Positions 39,921 to 48,960 of a DNA stretch of 64,000 nt are shown here, one piece after another. The DNA comes from a bacterium (lineage in GTDB: Bacteria > Bacteroidota > Ignavibacteria > Kapaibacteriales > UBA7675). The translations under genes were made by a program, and so were the position numbers. The number at the start of each line of letters is the position of its first letter. The first letter of the stretch is position 1. A model generated the notes under the pieces. That model was not told the DNA's origin. It did not search any database and saw only the letters and a list, made by a program, of their open reading frames with translations. Location of the stretch: contig JAUIKM010000017.1 of assembly GCA_030430495.1 (NCBI GenBank), forward strand, positions 8,121 through 72,120, read 5' to 3'.

Positions 39921-40029
39921 GAGCCGAAAGCCGACATTGCCGGCGCGGCGGGCGCAATGCAACTGCTACAGGCCCGTCGGCTATGCGTTTGACGACCTCA
40001 ATCTATTTTCCGGAACTTGCTCACTCCCG

Positions 40030-41340
40030 ATGATGAATTCCACGATGCACGTACGTTTTGCTTCTCTTGCAGGTTTTTCCGTTGTTTTTCTGCTTGTCGG
40101 ACTGTGCGCAGGCACTGATCTGCAGGCGCAGTGGCGCTACACCTACGACGTCAAAAACGGCATCGACGTCCTGCTGGATCAGGACCTTGCGCCGATGCAC
40201 GGCAAACGCGTCGCTCTGGTCAGCAACCAGACGGGACGCACGCGCACGCTACAGTCGACGCTGGACATAATCGCCGACCACAAACAGGTGACGCTCACCG
40301 CGGTCATGACGCCGGAACACGGCTACTACGGCGTGGCGCGCGCAGGCGAAGAAGTCCAGGACTCGGTCATGCCGACGATCCGCGACGTACCGGCCTACTC
40401 GCTCTACGCGGGGTCGCGCCGACCGGCGGAATACATGCTCGACAGCTGTGACATGGTAGTGTTCGACATTCAGGATGTCGGCGTGCGTTCCTACACCTAT
40501 CTCGGCACGCTGTACCACGTGATGGACGCCTGCGCGGAATACGGCGTACCGCTCATGGTGCTGGACCGCCCCAACCCGCTCGGCGGCGAAACTATCGACG
40601 GCAATGTGCTGGATTCAACGATCCGCTCCTTTGTGGGCATCGTGCCGGTGCCCTATATCCACGGCATGACTTTTGGCGAGCTGGCGCAAATGATCAACGG
40701 CGAGGGTTGGCTGCCGACGCCCGAAGGCGACTCGACCGCGCGCCGCTGTGAACTGCAAGTCGTCGGCATGGCCAACTGGGAACGCTGGATGCTGTGGGAA
40801 GACACGGACTTCCGCTGGATTCCGACCTCGCCGCACGTGCCGAGCGTCGACGCCATCCGCGGCATGGCCATGCTCGGAATTTTCGGCGAACTCAGCCTGC
40901 TGAACATCGGCGTGGGTTATACCTTGCCGTTCCAGATGTTCGGCATGCCGAACTTCAACCACGATTTTTACAACGAGCTGATCCGCACAAAGAAGTTTCC
41001 GGGCATTGAACTGGTGCCGACTGAGTTCCGGCCGTTCTACGGCAAGTACGCACGCGAGGACTGCCGCGGTTACCTGCTGCGGTTTTACAACGACATCAAC
41101 TTCAAGCCCTATACCAGCGGCGTGGAACTGGTGCTGGCGCTGCGCAAGACTCACCCGGAACTGTTTGATGCAGAAGCGATTGCGGAGGACAGACAGGCGA
41201 TGTTCGCCAAGGTGACCGGCAGCGAAGTCCTGTTTGAAAAACTCTACAACCGCGCGACCGACCTGGAGATTCGGCAGTTGACGCGCAAAGGCGCGGACGA
41301 ATTCGCTCTGATGCGCGAGCCCTACCTGCTGTATCAATAA
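40030..41340 (+). CDS. DUF1343/NamZ exo-beta-N-acetylmuramidase family protein
   Basis: Signal peptide; GIDVL, NQTG, PEHG, SLY, FDIQDVGVRSYTY, LDRPNP, HGMTFGELA and WIPTSPH motifs. Confidence 0.92.
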   Translation: MMNSTMHVRFASLAGFSVVFLLVGLCAGTDLQAQWRYTYDVKNGIDVLLDQDLAPMHGKRVALVSNQTGRTRTLQSTLDIIADHKQVTLTAVMTPEHGYYGVARAGEEVQDSVMPTIRDVPAYSLYAGSRRPAEYMLDSCDMVVFDIQDVGVRSYTYLGTLYHVMDACAEYGVPLMVLDRPNPLGGETIDGNVLDSTIRSFVGIVPVPYIHGMTFGELAQMINGEGWLPTPEGDSTARRCELQVVGMANWERWMLWEDTDFRWIPTSPHVPSVDAIRGMAMLGIFGELSLLNIGVGYTLPFQMFGMPNFNHDFYNELIRTKKFPGIELVPTEFRPFYGKYAREDCRGYLLRFYNDINFKPYTSGVELVLALRKTHPELFDAEAIAEDRQAMFAKVTGSEVLFEKLYNRATDLEIRQLTRKGADEFALMREPYLLYQ

Positions 41341-41452
41341 CGCGCCGGGCAAAACAAAAGCGGCTTGGTAAATCAGGGGGCAGGATGTAATTTCCTCGTC
41401 GCGCCACGGCTAAGACAGCGCGACCCCACTGGATTTGTGCGATTGGAGAACA

Positions 41453-42022
41453 ATGGAAGCAGACCTGCAGCAACGGCGTGAAGATTTTGAGCGCGAGGCG
41501 ATTCCGCATATGGACGCCCTGTACAACTTTGCGATGCACCTGACGCAAAAAAGCGAAGACGCCCAGGATTTGCTGCAGGAAACCTATTTAAAAGCCTTCC
41601 GCTTTTTTGATTCCTTCAAGCGAGGAACCAATTGCAAAGCATGGCTGTTCCAGATCCTGAAAAATTCGTTTATCAACCGCTATCGCAAACTCACGCGGGA
41701 ACCGACGAAGGTCAGTTATAACGACGTCGAAGATTTTTACGAGACCATTCGGTCCGATGACGTCAGCCTCAACGACCTGGAGCGGGAACTGTTTGACAAC
41801 GTGCTCGACGACGAGATGAGTGCAGCCATGGCGGCGCTTCCGCCCAACTTCCGGGCGGTTTTGATTTTGAACGATCTGGAGAATTTTACTTACGAGGAGA
41901 TAGCCAGCATCCTCGACATTCCCATCGGTACGGTTCGGTCGCGACTGCACAGGGCGCGACGGGCCATGCGCGATCAACTGATGGAATACGCCCGCAAACG
42001 CGGCATTGTGCCCGGTAAATGA
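41453..42022 (+). CDS. ECF sigma-70 factor (SigR/SigH-like)
   Basis: DAQDLLQETYLKAFRFF..F..GTNCKAWLFQILKNSFINRYRK; YEEIASILDIPIGTVRSRLHRAR. Confidence 0.95.
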   Translation: MEADLQQRREDFEREAIPHMDALYNFAMHLTQKSEDAQDLLQETYLKAFRFFDSFKRGTNCKAWLFQILKNSFINRYRKLTREPTKVSYNDVEDFYETIRSDDVSLNDLERELFDNVLDDEMSAAMAALPPNFRAVLILNDLENFTYEEIASILDIPIGTVRSRLHRARRAMRDQLMEYARKRGIVPGK

Positions 42023-42129
42023 CAGGATGAATCGCAGATTCAGCGGCAGGCGCGCAGGACTCCATATACACACGCTTTGAGCGTGCGCCGACGCTGGATG
42101 TTGTCGAATTTCGATATACAGGTAACATC

Positions 42130-42990
42130 GTGGATTACAACAAATTGTTGGAGCTTGCCCAGTCGTATCTCGACGGCGAGGCTCTGTCCCCCGACGACGA
42201 ACGGGCGGTCAGGGAAGCGCTGGATACAAACGACAGGCTCCGCCTCGAAATGGCTGCCATGCGCTCGACCAAACAGGCGATTCAGGAGCGCGCCGGCAGT
42301 CTGCGCGTACAAGCTCCGCGCGAGACGCGCATCGCCATTCTCGAATCCATTCGCAACGAAGCGCGCGCGGCTGCGGTCAATTCAAGCCCGCAGACCAGTG
42401 TTTTCTCGTCCTTTATTGAATTGCTTTTCGGCCGGCATCGCCTGGCAACGGCCGGAGCGCTGGTGCTGGCGGTTGCCGTGGTCTACTTTTTCATGCCCGG
42501 TCCCGACGGCTCACTGCAGGATGCGCCGGTTGCCGAGGCAATGGCCGAGCCCGTCGACTTCATGGCCGACGTGATCAGAAACTTCCACAAAACGTCCAAC
42601 GGCGACGTTGAAACGAAACACGCCGCGTTTTCGCCGAAGTCCGATGAAGAATTGCGCGATTTTTTCCACAGCAATGGCGTAGATTTCTCCTCGTGGCAGA
42701 CGCGGCCGCAGGTGCGCGTCGTCGGCGCATACGTCACGACCATGGAAGGCGAATCCATCGGTCACGTCGTTTACCGCGACGAAAACAACGAACTTCTATG
42801 TCTGTGCCAGGTGCCGGTGACGCTGTTTGAGCGCAAATGCCTCAAGCTGGACGAGAAGGTGCGGCGCGATCTGGACGCGCGCGGCCATTTTGAATCCGAG
42901 GTCGACAATTCGCTGCGCGTCGCAATGCGCGACAACGGAAAAACTATCTCGGCCGTCGTTGCGTCGCTGTCCACACCGATATTTGAATAA
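42130..42990 (+). CDS. Transmembrane anti-sigma factor
   Basis: N-terminal SYLDGE anti-sigma motif, a single TM and a C-terminal extracytoplasmic domain; lies directly downstream of the ECF sigma. Confidence 0.8.
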   Translation: MDYNKLLELAQSYLDGEALSPDDERAVREALDTNDRLRLEMAAMRSTKQAIQERAGSLRVQAPRETRIAILESIRNEARAAAVNSSPQTSVFSSFIELLFGRHRLATAGALVLAVAVVYFFMPGPDGSLQDAPVAEAMAEPVDFMADVIRNFHKTSNGDVETKHAAFSPKSDEELRDFFHSNGVDFSSWQTRPQVRVVGAYVTTMEGESIGHVVYRDENNELLCLCQVPVTLFERKCLKLDEKVRRDLDARGHFESEVDNSLRVAMRDNGKTISAVVASLSTPIFE

Positions 42991-43041
42991 GCGGACCCAC
43001 GGCCCGGAGCGATCTCATCCGGCCCACAGCAACAGGAGTAC

Positions 43042-43689
43042 TTGAAAATGACATTTGCACATAAAATCCGCCTTGATCTTGCACACTACGTGTGCGCTTT
43101 TCTTTTTGCTGGTCTTGCAGCGGCAGGCGTGACGTCCTGCAGTACGGACGGAAGTCACGCGGATGCGGACGCTCAGTCCGGCGCGGCGCTGGCAACGGTC
43201 GGAGCGATGTCCGGCCCACAGGTGTATGAGCTTTCGGCGGTAGCGGATTCGCGCGACGGCGCCGGCAGTATTCTGGACTTCGCCTGGTCGCAGGACGGCC
43301 GCGAAACCTGGCTCACGCAGGAAGCGGAAGGCAAGATTGTCTTCATCAATTTCTGGGGCACGTGGTGTCCGCCCTGCCGCCGGGAAATCCCGGACATCGT
43401 GGAAATTGCCAACGAAAATCCCGACGTCTACGTCGTGGGCGTCGCTTTTGAAAAAGTCCCCGACCCGCTGGCGACAGTCGCCAAGTTCACGACCAAGTCC
43501 AACGTCCCCTATGTTAACGTCACGGGTAGCCGCGGTTTGTTGATGCAACTGGCGGGCGCGTACGGCGCGGGCAAGTCCTTCCCGACGACCATCGTGATTA
43601 ACAAAGACGGCAAAATTGTCGACCAGATCATCGGCATGCGCAGCAAGCCGGAATTCATGCAGTCGATCAACATGGCGCGCGGCAGCTAA
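43042..43689 (+). CDS. TlpA-family thiol-disulfide reductase (probable lipoprotein)
   Basis: VFINFWGTWCPPCRREIP and FPTTIVINKDGKI; lipobox-like VTSC. Confidence 0.92.
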   Translation: MKMTFAHKIRLDLAHYVCAFLFAGLAAAGVTSCSTDGSHADADAQSGAALATVGAMSGPQVYELSAVADSRDGAGSILDFAWSQDGRETWLTQEAEGKIVFINFWGTWCPPCRREIPDIVEIANENPDVYVVGVAFEKVPDPLATVAKFTTKSNVPYVNVTGSRGLLMQLAGAYGAGKSFPTTIVINKDGKIVDQIIGMRSKPEFMQSINMARGS

Positions 43690-43730
43690 ACACATCAGTC
43701 AGACGCGCAGCGCAAATACAGTGAGAAATG

Positions 43731-43760
43731 CAAACGCCGCCCGGAAACGGGCGGCGTTTG
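43731..43760. terminator. Bidirectional intrinsic terminator
   Basis: Perfect 13-bp stem CAAACGCCGCCCG-GAAA-CGGGCGGCGTTTG between convergent genes. Confidence 0.85.
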
Positions 43761-43791
43761 TTTATTGGAGCATTTTTGGCAGTCAGAAAGA

Positions 43792-44196
43792 TCAATCCGC
43801 GCCGGTCAGGAAGAGAATCCGGTCGTGTTTAATGTCCAGCACTTCAAACCCCGCAACCGGAAGTCTGCGCACGTCGTCCAGCCGCCAGCTGCGCGTGCTG
43901 TCGCACAGTTGTACCTCGCCGGCGGAGGGGTTAAACAGCACTTTGACTGCGACTTCGCGTTCACCGAATTCCAGCTTCCAGCCTTTGAGGCAGGATGAGT
44001 CGTCAAGCAGCGACGTATGCGACTGCAACACGTCGCGGTAATCGCCCAGGAAAACCTGTAGCGGCATGGTTTCGTATGAAGCAAAATGGAACTGCATCGC
44101 CGTGCGCTCGGAATACGAGCGATTGTCGCAGGCGAACAGAAGCAGAGGCGTGGCCAGAGTCAGGGCGTACAGTCTTAAACGCATGATTCCAATCAA
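43792..44196 (-). CDS. Hypothetical lipoprotein
   Basis: Signal peptide ending LFAC; fills the gap between the terminator and the next gene. Confidence 0.6.
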   Translation of the reverse strand: MIGIMRLRLYALTLATPLLLFACDNRSYSERTAMQFHFASYETMPLQVFLGDYRDVLQSHTSLLDDSSCLKGWKLEFGEREVAVKVLFNPSAGEVQLCDSTRSWRLDDVRRLPVAGFEVLDIKHDRILFLTGAD

Positions 44197-44246
44197 TTAA
44201 ACAGAAAAATCAGCGCTGAAAGCGGCAACTACAATCCGACCGACCA

Positions 44247-45119
44247 TCACTGCTGCAAGGTCAGCGTTTTAACAAAGTCCTGCGTACAGACAATGCGGTT
44301 GTTCGAGTCGAGCATTGCGACGTACAGATCGAGCGAATTTTCATTGCGTTTAAAGCCGTAGAATTCGTGCGGCGCGGCACCGGAGGGGTCGTCGGAGAGA
44401 ATCAAGACATCGCAGTCTGTCATCATATCCCCCAGCAGCATGGCGTAATAACGCCCCTGACCGTCCCAGGCGACGTCGCCCTCGGCGGTGAAGATCGTCT
44501 GGCTGCCGCTTTCGTCGGCAAAAGTTCCTTCCAGAATCAAGCCGCTGACAAAATTGTCGATTGTGTAGTCGTTCTCGTTGGTGCCGCCCTGAATTTGACT
44601 GTAGGCGGCTGCTTCGACCACGCTGGTATCGCCAACCTGACGCCAGATTAGTTTGCGCTCGCCTTCTTCATTACTTAACAGCAGAAACTGGCCGTTGTTA
44701 ACATCCAGCAAATCGAGCTGTACTTCATCGCCCTTCACTTGAGGTTCGGCCTCGCCCATAAGCTGCATGGCTGCCTGATCCAGCGTGCCGTCACCGTATA
44801 CCGGACCGCGCATGACACTCAGGTCGGCGATGTTAAAAGTGTCGACGCGGCGGTCGTTGAAGCGATAGAGAATTGAGCGGATAAAGACGTCGCCGTCACG
44901 ACGCAGAGTGATGGCGACTTTGTCATTGTCGGCGGCATTCAGCGCGGCCATCGGCGAGCGTGTTGCGCGGAGTTCCGCCAGGTAAGCGTCGTTCAGCCAC
45001 ACAGCGCTGAATTCATCCGGAACACCCTGAATTATTTCTGCGACCGGCTCACGCTCGATGTCGCATGACAGCAACATCAAAGACAATACAAAAGAGAAAA
45101 ACACAGGGGTAGCTCGCAT
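44247..45119 (-). CDS. Hypothetical lipoprotein
   Basis: Lipobox LLSC; 290-aa acidic ORF with no family recognised. Confidence 0.72.
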   Translation of the reverse strand: MRATPVFFSFVLSLMLLSCDIEREPVAEIIQGVPDEFSAVWLNDAYLAELRATRSPMAALNAADNDKVAITLRRDGDVFIRSILYRFNDRRVDTFNIADLSVMRGPVYGDGTLDQAAMQLMGEAEPQVKGDEVQLDLLDVNNGQFLLLSNEEGERKLIWRQVGDTSVVEAAAYSQIQGGTNENDYTIDNFVSGLILEGTFADESGSQTIFTAEGDVAWDGQGRYYAMLLGDMMTDCDVLILSDDPSGAAPHEFYGFKRNENSLDLYVAMLDSNNRIVCTQDFVKTLTLQQ

Positions 45120-45475
45120 AACCTGAATCTCGCATTGTGTTCTGTATGGGAATTACTGCGCACAGTCGGGGTAGTGCATCGGGCTTCAATATCAAAGCCC
45201 TGCGCCGGCGAATTTCCGGGATTCTGTGTCGGCGCGCTTCCGTCGACAGTTTCGATCCCGATTGATACGTGTGCGGGTTCTGGCATGAAACGGCAAAATA
45301 CAGATTCTTTCGGGGCGGTCAAATGACCGGGGGCAAGAGCGGGATAATTGTGAACGGTGAGCGGCAGGACAATTGCCGGAAAGTCGCCTGCGTCGTAAGT
45401 TCGATGCCCGGAAAGCTCTGGCGGCCCCGGCGATGTCGGAATCAGAGACATACTGTCAACAATAGAACGCGGCAC

Positions 45476-46243
45476 ATGCGCGAACTTTCGGCCTCTCAAC
45501 AAAAACTTGTACGCAGCCTGCATCGCAAACGGCGGCGCGACGAACACAATCTCTGTTTTATCGAAGGGCCGACGCTCTGCGAGGAAGCGCTGCGCCGGTC
45601 GATGCCGCTCGAATTCGCCGTCGTTGATCAGTCAGGCCCGGCGGCCCGCGAAGACGCCGACATCCGACGAGCGCTGTCGGCTGCATCGGTCGACGTGTTT
45701 ACAGCCGCGCCCAATGTCTTTGCGCGAATAAGCGACACCAGCACGCCACAGGGAATACTGGCGGTGATGCCGCGACCGCGAATGCAGGCCGACGCCGCCG
45801 CGTCGGTGATTGTTCTGGACGGCGTCGCCGATCCCGGCAATGTCGGCACAATTATCCGCACGGCGCTGTGGTTTGGTTTCAGGCAGATCCTGCTGGGGCC
45901 GGGCAGCGCCGACCCCTGGGGGCCGAAGGCGCTGCGGGCCGGCATGGGCGCCACTTTTCAGACGGCGACGATCGGCACTGACGATATTCCGAGCGCATTT
46001 GCGGCGCACTTTGGCGGTCAGCGGCGCTGCGGCGCGGTGCTGGGGGCGAAGCGACGCCTGGCGGACATTGAAGCCACGCCGCCGATGTCGATCGTCATGG
46101 GGAACGAAGCGCAGGGAATTTCCGCGGCTGTGCGCGCGCTGCTGGACGAGAGTTACGAGATTCCGGGCGCGGGAATGCTCGAATCGCTTAACGTTGCGGC
46201 GGCTTCGGCCGTCAGCCTGTACCACTTTTCGCAGTACACATGA
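45476..46243 (+). CDS. TrmH/SpoU-family RNA methyltransferase
   Basis: FIEG, TPQGILAV, DPGNVGTIIRTA, MGNEAQGIS and ESLNVA motifs; start taken at ATG 45476. Confidence 0.93.
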   Translation: MRELSASQQKLVRSLHRKRRRDEHNLCFIEGPTLCEEALRRSMPLEFAVVDQSGPAAREDADIRRALSAASVDVFTAAPNVFARISDTSTPQGILAVMPRPRMQADAAASVIVLDGVADPGNVGTIIRTALWFGFRQILLGPGSADPWGPKALRAGMGATFQTATIGTDDIPSAFAAHFGGQRRCGAVLGAKRRLADIEATPPMSIVMGNEAQGISAAVRALLDESYEIPGAGMLESLNVAAASAVSLYHFSQYT

Positions 46244-46286
46244 GGCAGGGCATGTTCACACGAAACAACGCAGCCGGAGACAGCCG

Positions 46287-47423
46287 ATGTTTCTGACACC
46301 GCGCCTGGCGACGCCGGGCACAACGCCGCTGCCGCCGGCGGTTCTTGCGGCGGTAGCGCGCCCGATGATCCATCATCGCTCGCCGGAATTCGGCGCGATC
46401 CTGGCGCGCGTGCATGCGGGTTTGCAGACAGTTTTCAATACGCGGCAGCCCGTCCTGCTGCTGACCTCTTCCGGCAGCGGCGCGGGTGAAGCGGTCGCCG
46501 CCAATCTGTTCAAAGTCGGCGAGACGGTCATCTACGCCGCGCACGGCAAGTTTTCGCGCCGCTGGGGCGAGATGCTGCGGCGCCAGGGCGTCAACGCCGT
46601 GGCTTTGACGGTAGAGGAAGGACGTGCGCCGCAGACCGCCGAAGTCATCGAAATGCTGGAGCGTCACCCCGATGCGAGCGCGGTCTGGCTCACCCAGAGC
46701 GAGACTTCAACGAGCGTCTGGACCGACGTCCGCGAAATTGCGGCGGCCGTGCGGGCGTACAGAGCCGATACTCTCGTTCTCGTCGACGCGGTCAGCGGCC
46801 TGCTGGCGCACGAGCTCGACATGGACGGCTGGGATCTGGACCTCGTCTTCGGCGCTTCACAAAAGGGATTGATGTCGCCGCCGGGACTGGCGCCGATAGC
46901 GCTCAGCGAGCGCGCCTGGCGCAAGGCCGAGCGCGTGGATTCCCGATCGGTCTACTTTGACCTGCACAAAGCGCGGCAATCCTGGCTCAACAGCAAAACG
47001 GTGTTCACGCCCGCCGTCAGCGCCGTGGTCGGTCTGGATGCCGCGCTGAACCTGATTCTGCGGGACGGCATCGAACATTCGATTGCGCGCCACGCCGCAC
47101 ATTCTCGCGCGGTACGCGGCGCGGCCGCGGCTCTCGGACTCACAACATTCGGCGCGCCGCCTTCGCACGCCGTGACGGCGGTTGAGTTTCCGGCGCATGC
47201 GGCGCGATTCAAACAAGTGCTCAGGGACGAGGCGCGCGTAACGACGGCCGGCGGGCAGGACGATCTGGCCGACAGAATTTTCCGTGTCGGCCACCTGGGC
47301 TGGCAGGACCAGGGCGATGTGCTGGCGGTTGTCGGCGCAATTGAAGTCGCTCTGCTGCGCAGCGGCCACAGCATTGAACCGGGCGCGGGGCTGAGCGCGG
47401 CGCAGCGCGCCTATTGCACCTGA
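46287..47423 (+). CDS. Class V PLP aminotransferase (alanine-glyoxylate/serine-pyruvate type)
   Basis: TPGTT, HHRS, SSGSGA, SETSTS, VDAVSG, ASQKGLMSPPGL, FTP and FRVGHLG motifs. Confidence 0.9.
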   Translation: MFLTPRLATPGTTPLPPAVLAAVARPMIHHRSPEFGAILARVHAGLQTVFNTRQPVLLLTSSGSGAGEAVAANLFKVGETVIYAAHGKFSRRWGEMLRRQGVNAVALTVEEGRAPQTAEVIEMLERHPDASAVWLTQSETSTSVWTDVREIAAAVRAYRADTLVLVDAVSGLLAHELDMDGWDLDLVFGASQKGLMSPPGLAPIALSERAWRKAERVDSRSVYFDLHKARQSWLNSKTVFTPAVSAVVGLDAALNLILRDGIEHSIARHAAHSRAVRGAAAALGLTTFGAPPSHAVTAVEFPAHAARFKQVLRDEARVTTAGGQDDLADRIFRVGHLGWQDQGDVLAVVGAIEVALLRSGHSIEPGAGLSAAQRAYCT

Positions 47424-47492
47424 CACGGGTGGACTCCCGACCCTGTCGGAGTCAAGCCGCGTTTCTCCATCGACAGCTCGCGGTTCCGCTCC

Positions 47493-47516
47493 CGCTGACA
47501 AACAAAAAAATCAAGC
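47493..47516. repeat. Partial copy of dispersed repeat (A-rich arm)
   Basis: CGCTGACAAACAAAAAAATCAAGC versus CGCTGACAAACAAGAGGAAAAAGCAAGC at 8656. Confidence 0.55.
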
Positions 47517-47608
47517 AGGGTTTTGTCGGGCGCCAGGAACGTCCATGCGCGGCATCCAACATCCGCTCGCAAGACAGTGCGACAGGACAAGGACAAACGG
47601 GGAAATTC

Positions 47609-48265
47609 ATGCGGATACTGATCGGCAGCAACAACCAGCACAAAGTGGGCGAAATCAGCGCAATCCTGCGGACGATTTTCAGCGAGGAGCTGGAAGTTCT
47701 GCTTCCGCGCGACCTGCCTTCGTTTCCGACGGATATTGACGAGTGCGGCGATACGCTGGAGGCCAATGCGATGATCAAGGCGCTGGAGATGTACGAAGCC
47801 ACGGCCCGGCCATGTATCGCCGACGACACCGGTCTGGAGGTTGCCGCGCTGAACGGTCGTCCCGGCGTGTTTTCCGCGCGTTTTGCCGGGGAGAACGCCA
47901 CCGATGCGGATAATCGCAGGCTGCTGCTGCGGGAGCTGCGGGGAGCCGAACAACGCGAAGCGCAGTTCCGGACGGTGATCTGTTTTTACGACGGTTTTCG
48001 GCCGATTTTTGCCGAGGGAGTCTGCCCCGGACGGATCCTGAACGAGGAACGCGGCGACGGCGGATTCGGCTACGATCCCGTGTTTATGCCCGAAGGTGAA
48101 ACGCGCAGTTTTGCGGAAATGCCCGCGGCGGAAAAAAATGCGATCAGTCATCGCGGAAGGGCCCTGCGGCAAATGGCGCACAAACTGGAAACGCTGCGGG
48201 CCGAGCGCATGCCGACGAACGATCTGGTACGGGCGATGGAAGAAATCAGCCGGCCGCAACGCTGA
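47609..48265 (+). CDS. rdgB: Non-canonical purine NTP pyrophosphatase (RdgB/HAM1)
   Basis: SNNQHKVGE, NAMIKA, ADDTGLEV, GRPGVFSARFAG, GFGYDPVF and KNAISHRGRAL motifs. Confidence 0.95.
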   Translation: MRILIGSNNQHKVGEISAILRTIFSEELEVLLPRDLPSFPTDIDECGDTLEANAMIKALEMYEATARPCIADDTGLEVAALNGRPGVFSARFAGENATDADNRRLLLRELRGAEQREAQFRTVICFYDGFRPIFAEGVCPGRILNEERGDGGFGYDPVFMPEGETRSFAEMPAAEKNAISHRGRALRQMAHKLETLRAERMPTNDLVRAMEEISRPQR

Positions 48266-48282
48266 GCGATGGCAGGCGGAAT

Positions 48283-48960
48283 TTGTATATTTGCGGCGTG
48301 AATCCCGATTCGTCCGATACTCTCTCCGCACATGGCGCTTTCCCCGCTGGGGGCGAACGCATCGAACATTTGTGCCGCATTGTCATTCTGGCGGCCAGGC
48401 AGCGGCACGAGGCGCTGGAGCAGCGGATACGAGCCGCACTGAACACATCCTGTTCGCACGGCGAGGTCTACGAAGCGCTGACGCAACTTTATCTTTTTTG
48501 TGGTTTCCCCGCAGCCCTGGAAGGGCTGCTGTGTCTGCATAACGTCGCGCAAACGATGCCGGCCGACGCGCCCTTGCGTCCCGAGGCCTACGACCCGGTC
48601 GCATTTGCAGCACGAGGCGAAGAGTTGTGCCGCCGCATATATACAAGCGCCTACGACAAAATGCGCGAGCGGCTGGCCGCGGCGGCGCCGGACCTCGATC
48701 AGTGGATGATCGTCGAAGGTTACGGCAAGACGCTGGCGCGCCCGCAACTGGACATCGGGATTCGCGAATTGCTCATTGTGGCCGTACTGTGCGTCGGCAA
48801 CTGGGAACGACAGTTGTTTTCCCATCTGCGTGGAGCGCTCAACGTCGGCGTCGACGCCGCAAGCTGCCGAGCGGTCATAGACCTGGCCGACGCGGAGGAC
48901 GCCGAAGCGCGCCGCCGACATCACGAAATATTGGATCGGATTCTACGCCGCAGCACATGA
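48283..48960 (+). CDS. Carboxymuconolactone decarboxylase/AhpD-like protein
   Basis: EALTQLYLFCGFPAAL, YGKTLARPQLD..RELLIVAVL and QLFSHLRGALNVG; true start uncertain (possibly GTG 48298). Confidence 0.8.
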   Translation: MYICGVNPDSSDTLSAHGAFPAGGERIEHLCRIVILAARQRHEALEQRIRAALNTSCSHGEVYEALTQLYLFCGFPAALEGLLCLHNVAQTMPADAPLRPEAYDPVAFAARGEELCRRIYTSAYDKMRERLAAAAPDLDQWMIVEGYGKTLARPQLDIGIRELLIVAVLCVGNWERQLFSHLRGALNVGVDAASCRAVIDLADAEDAEARRRHHEILDRILRRST

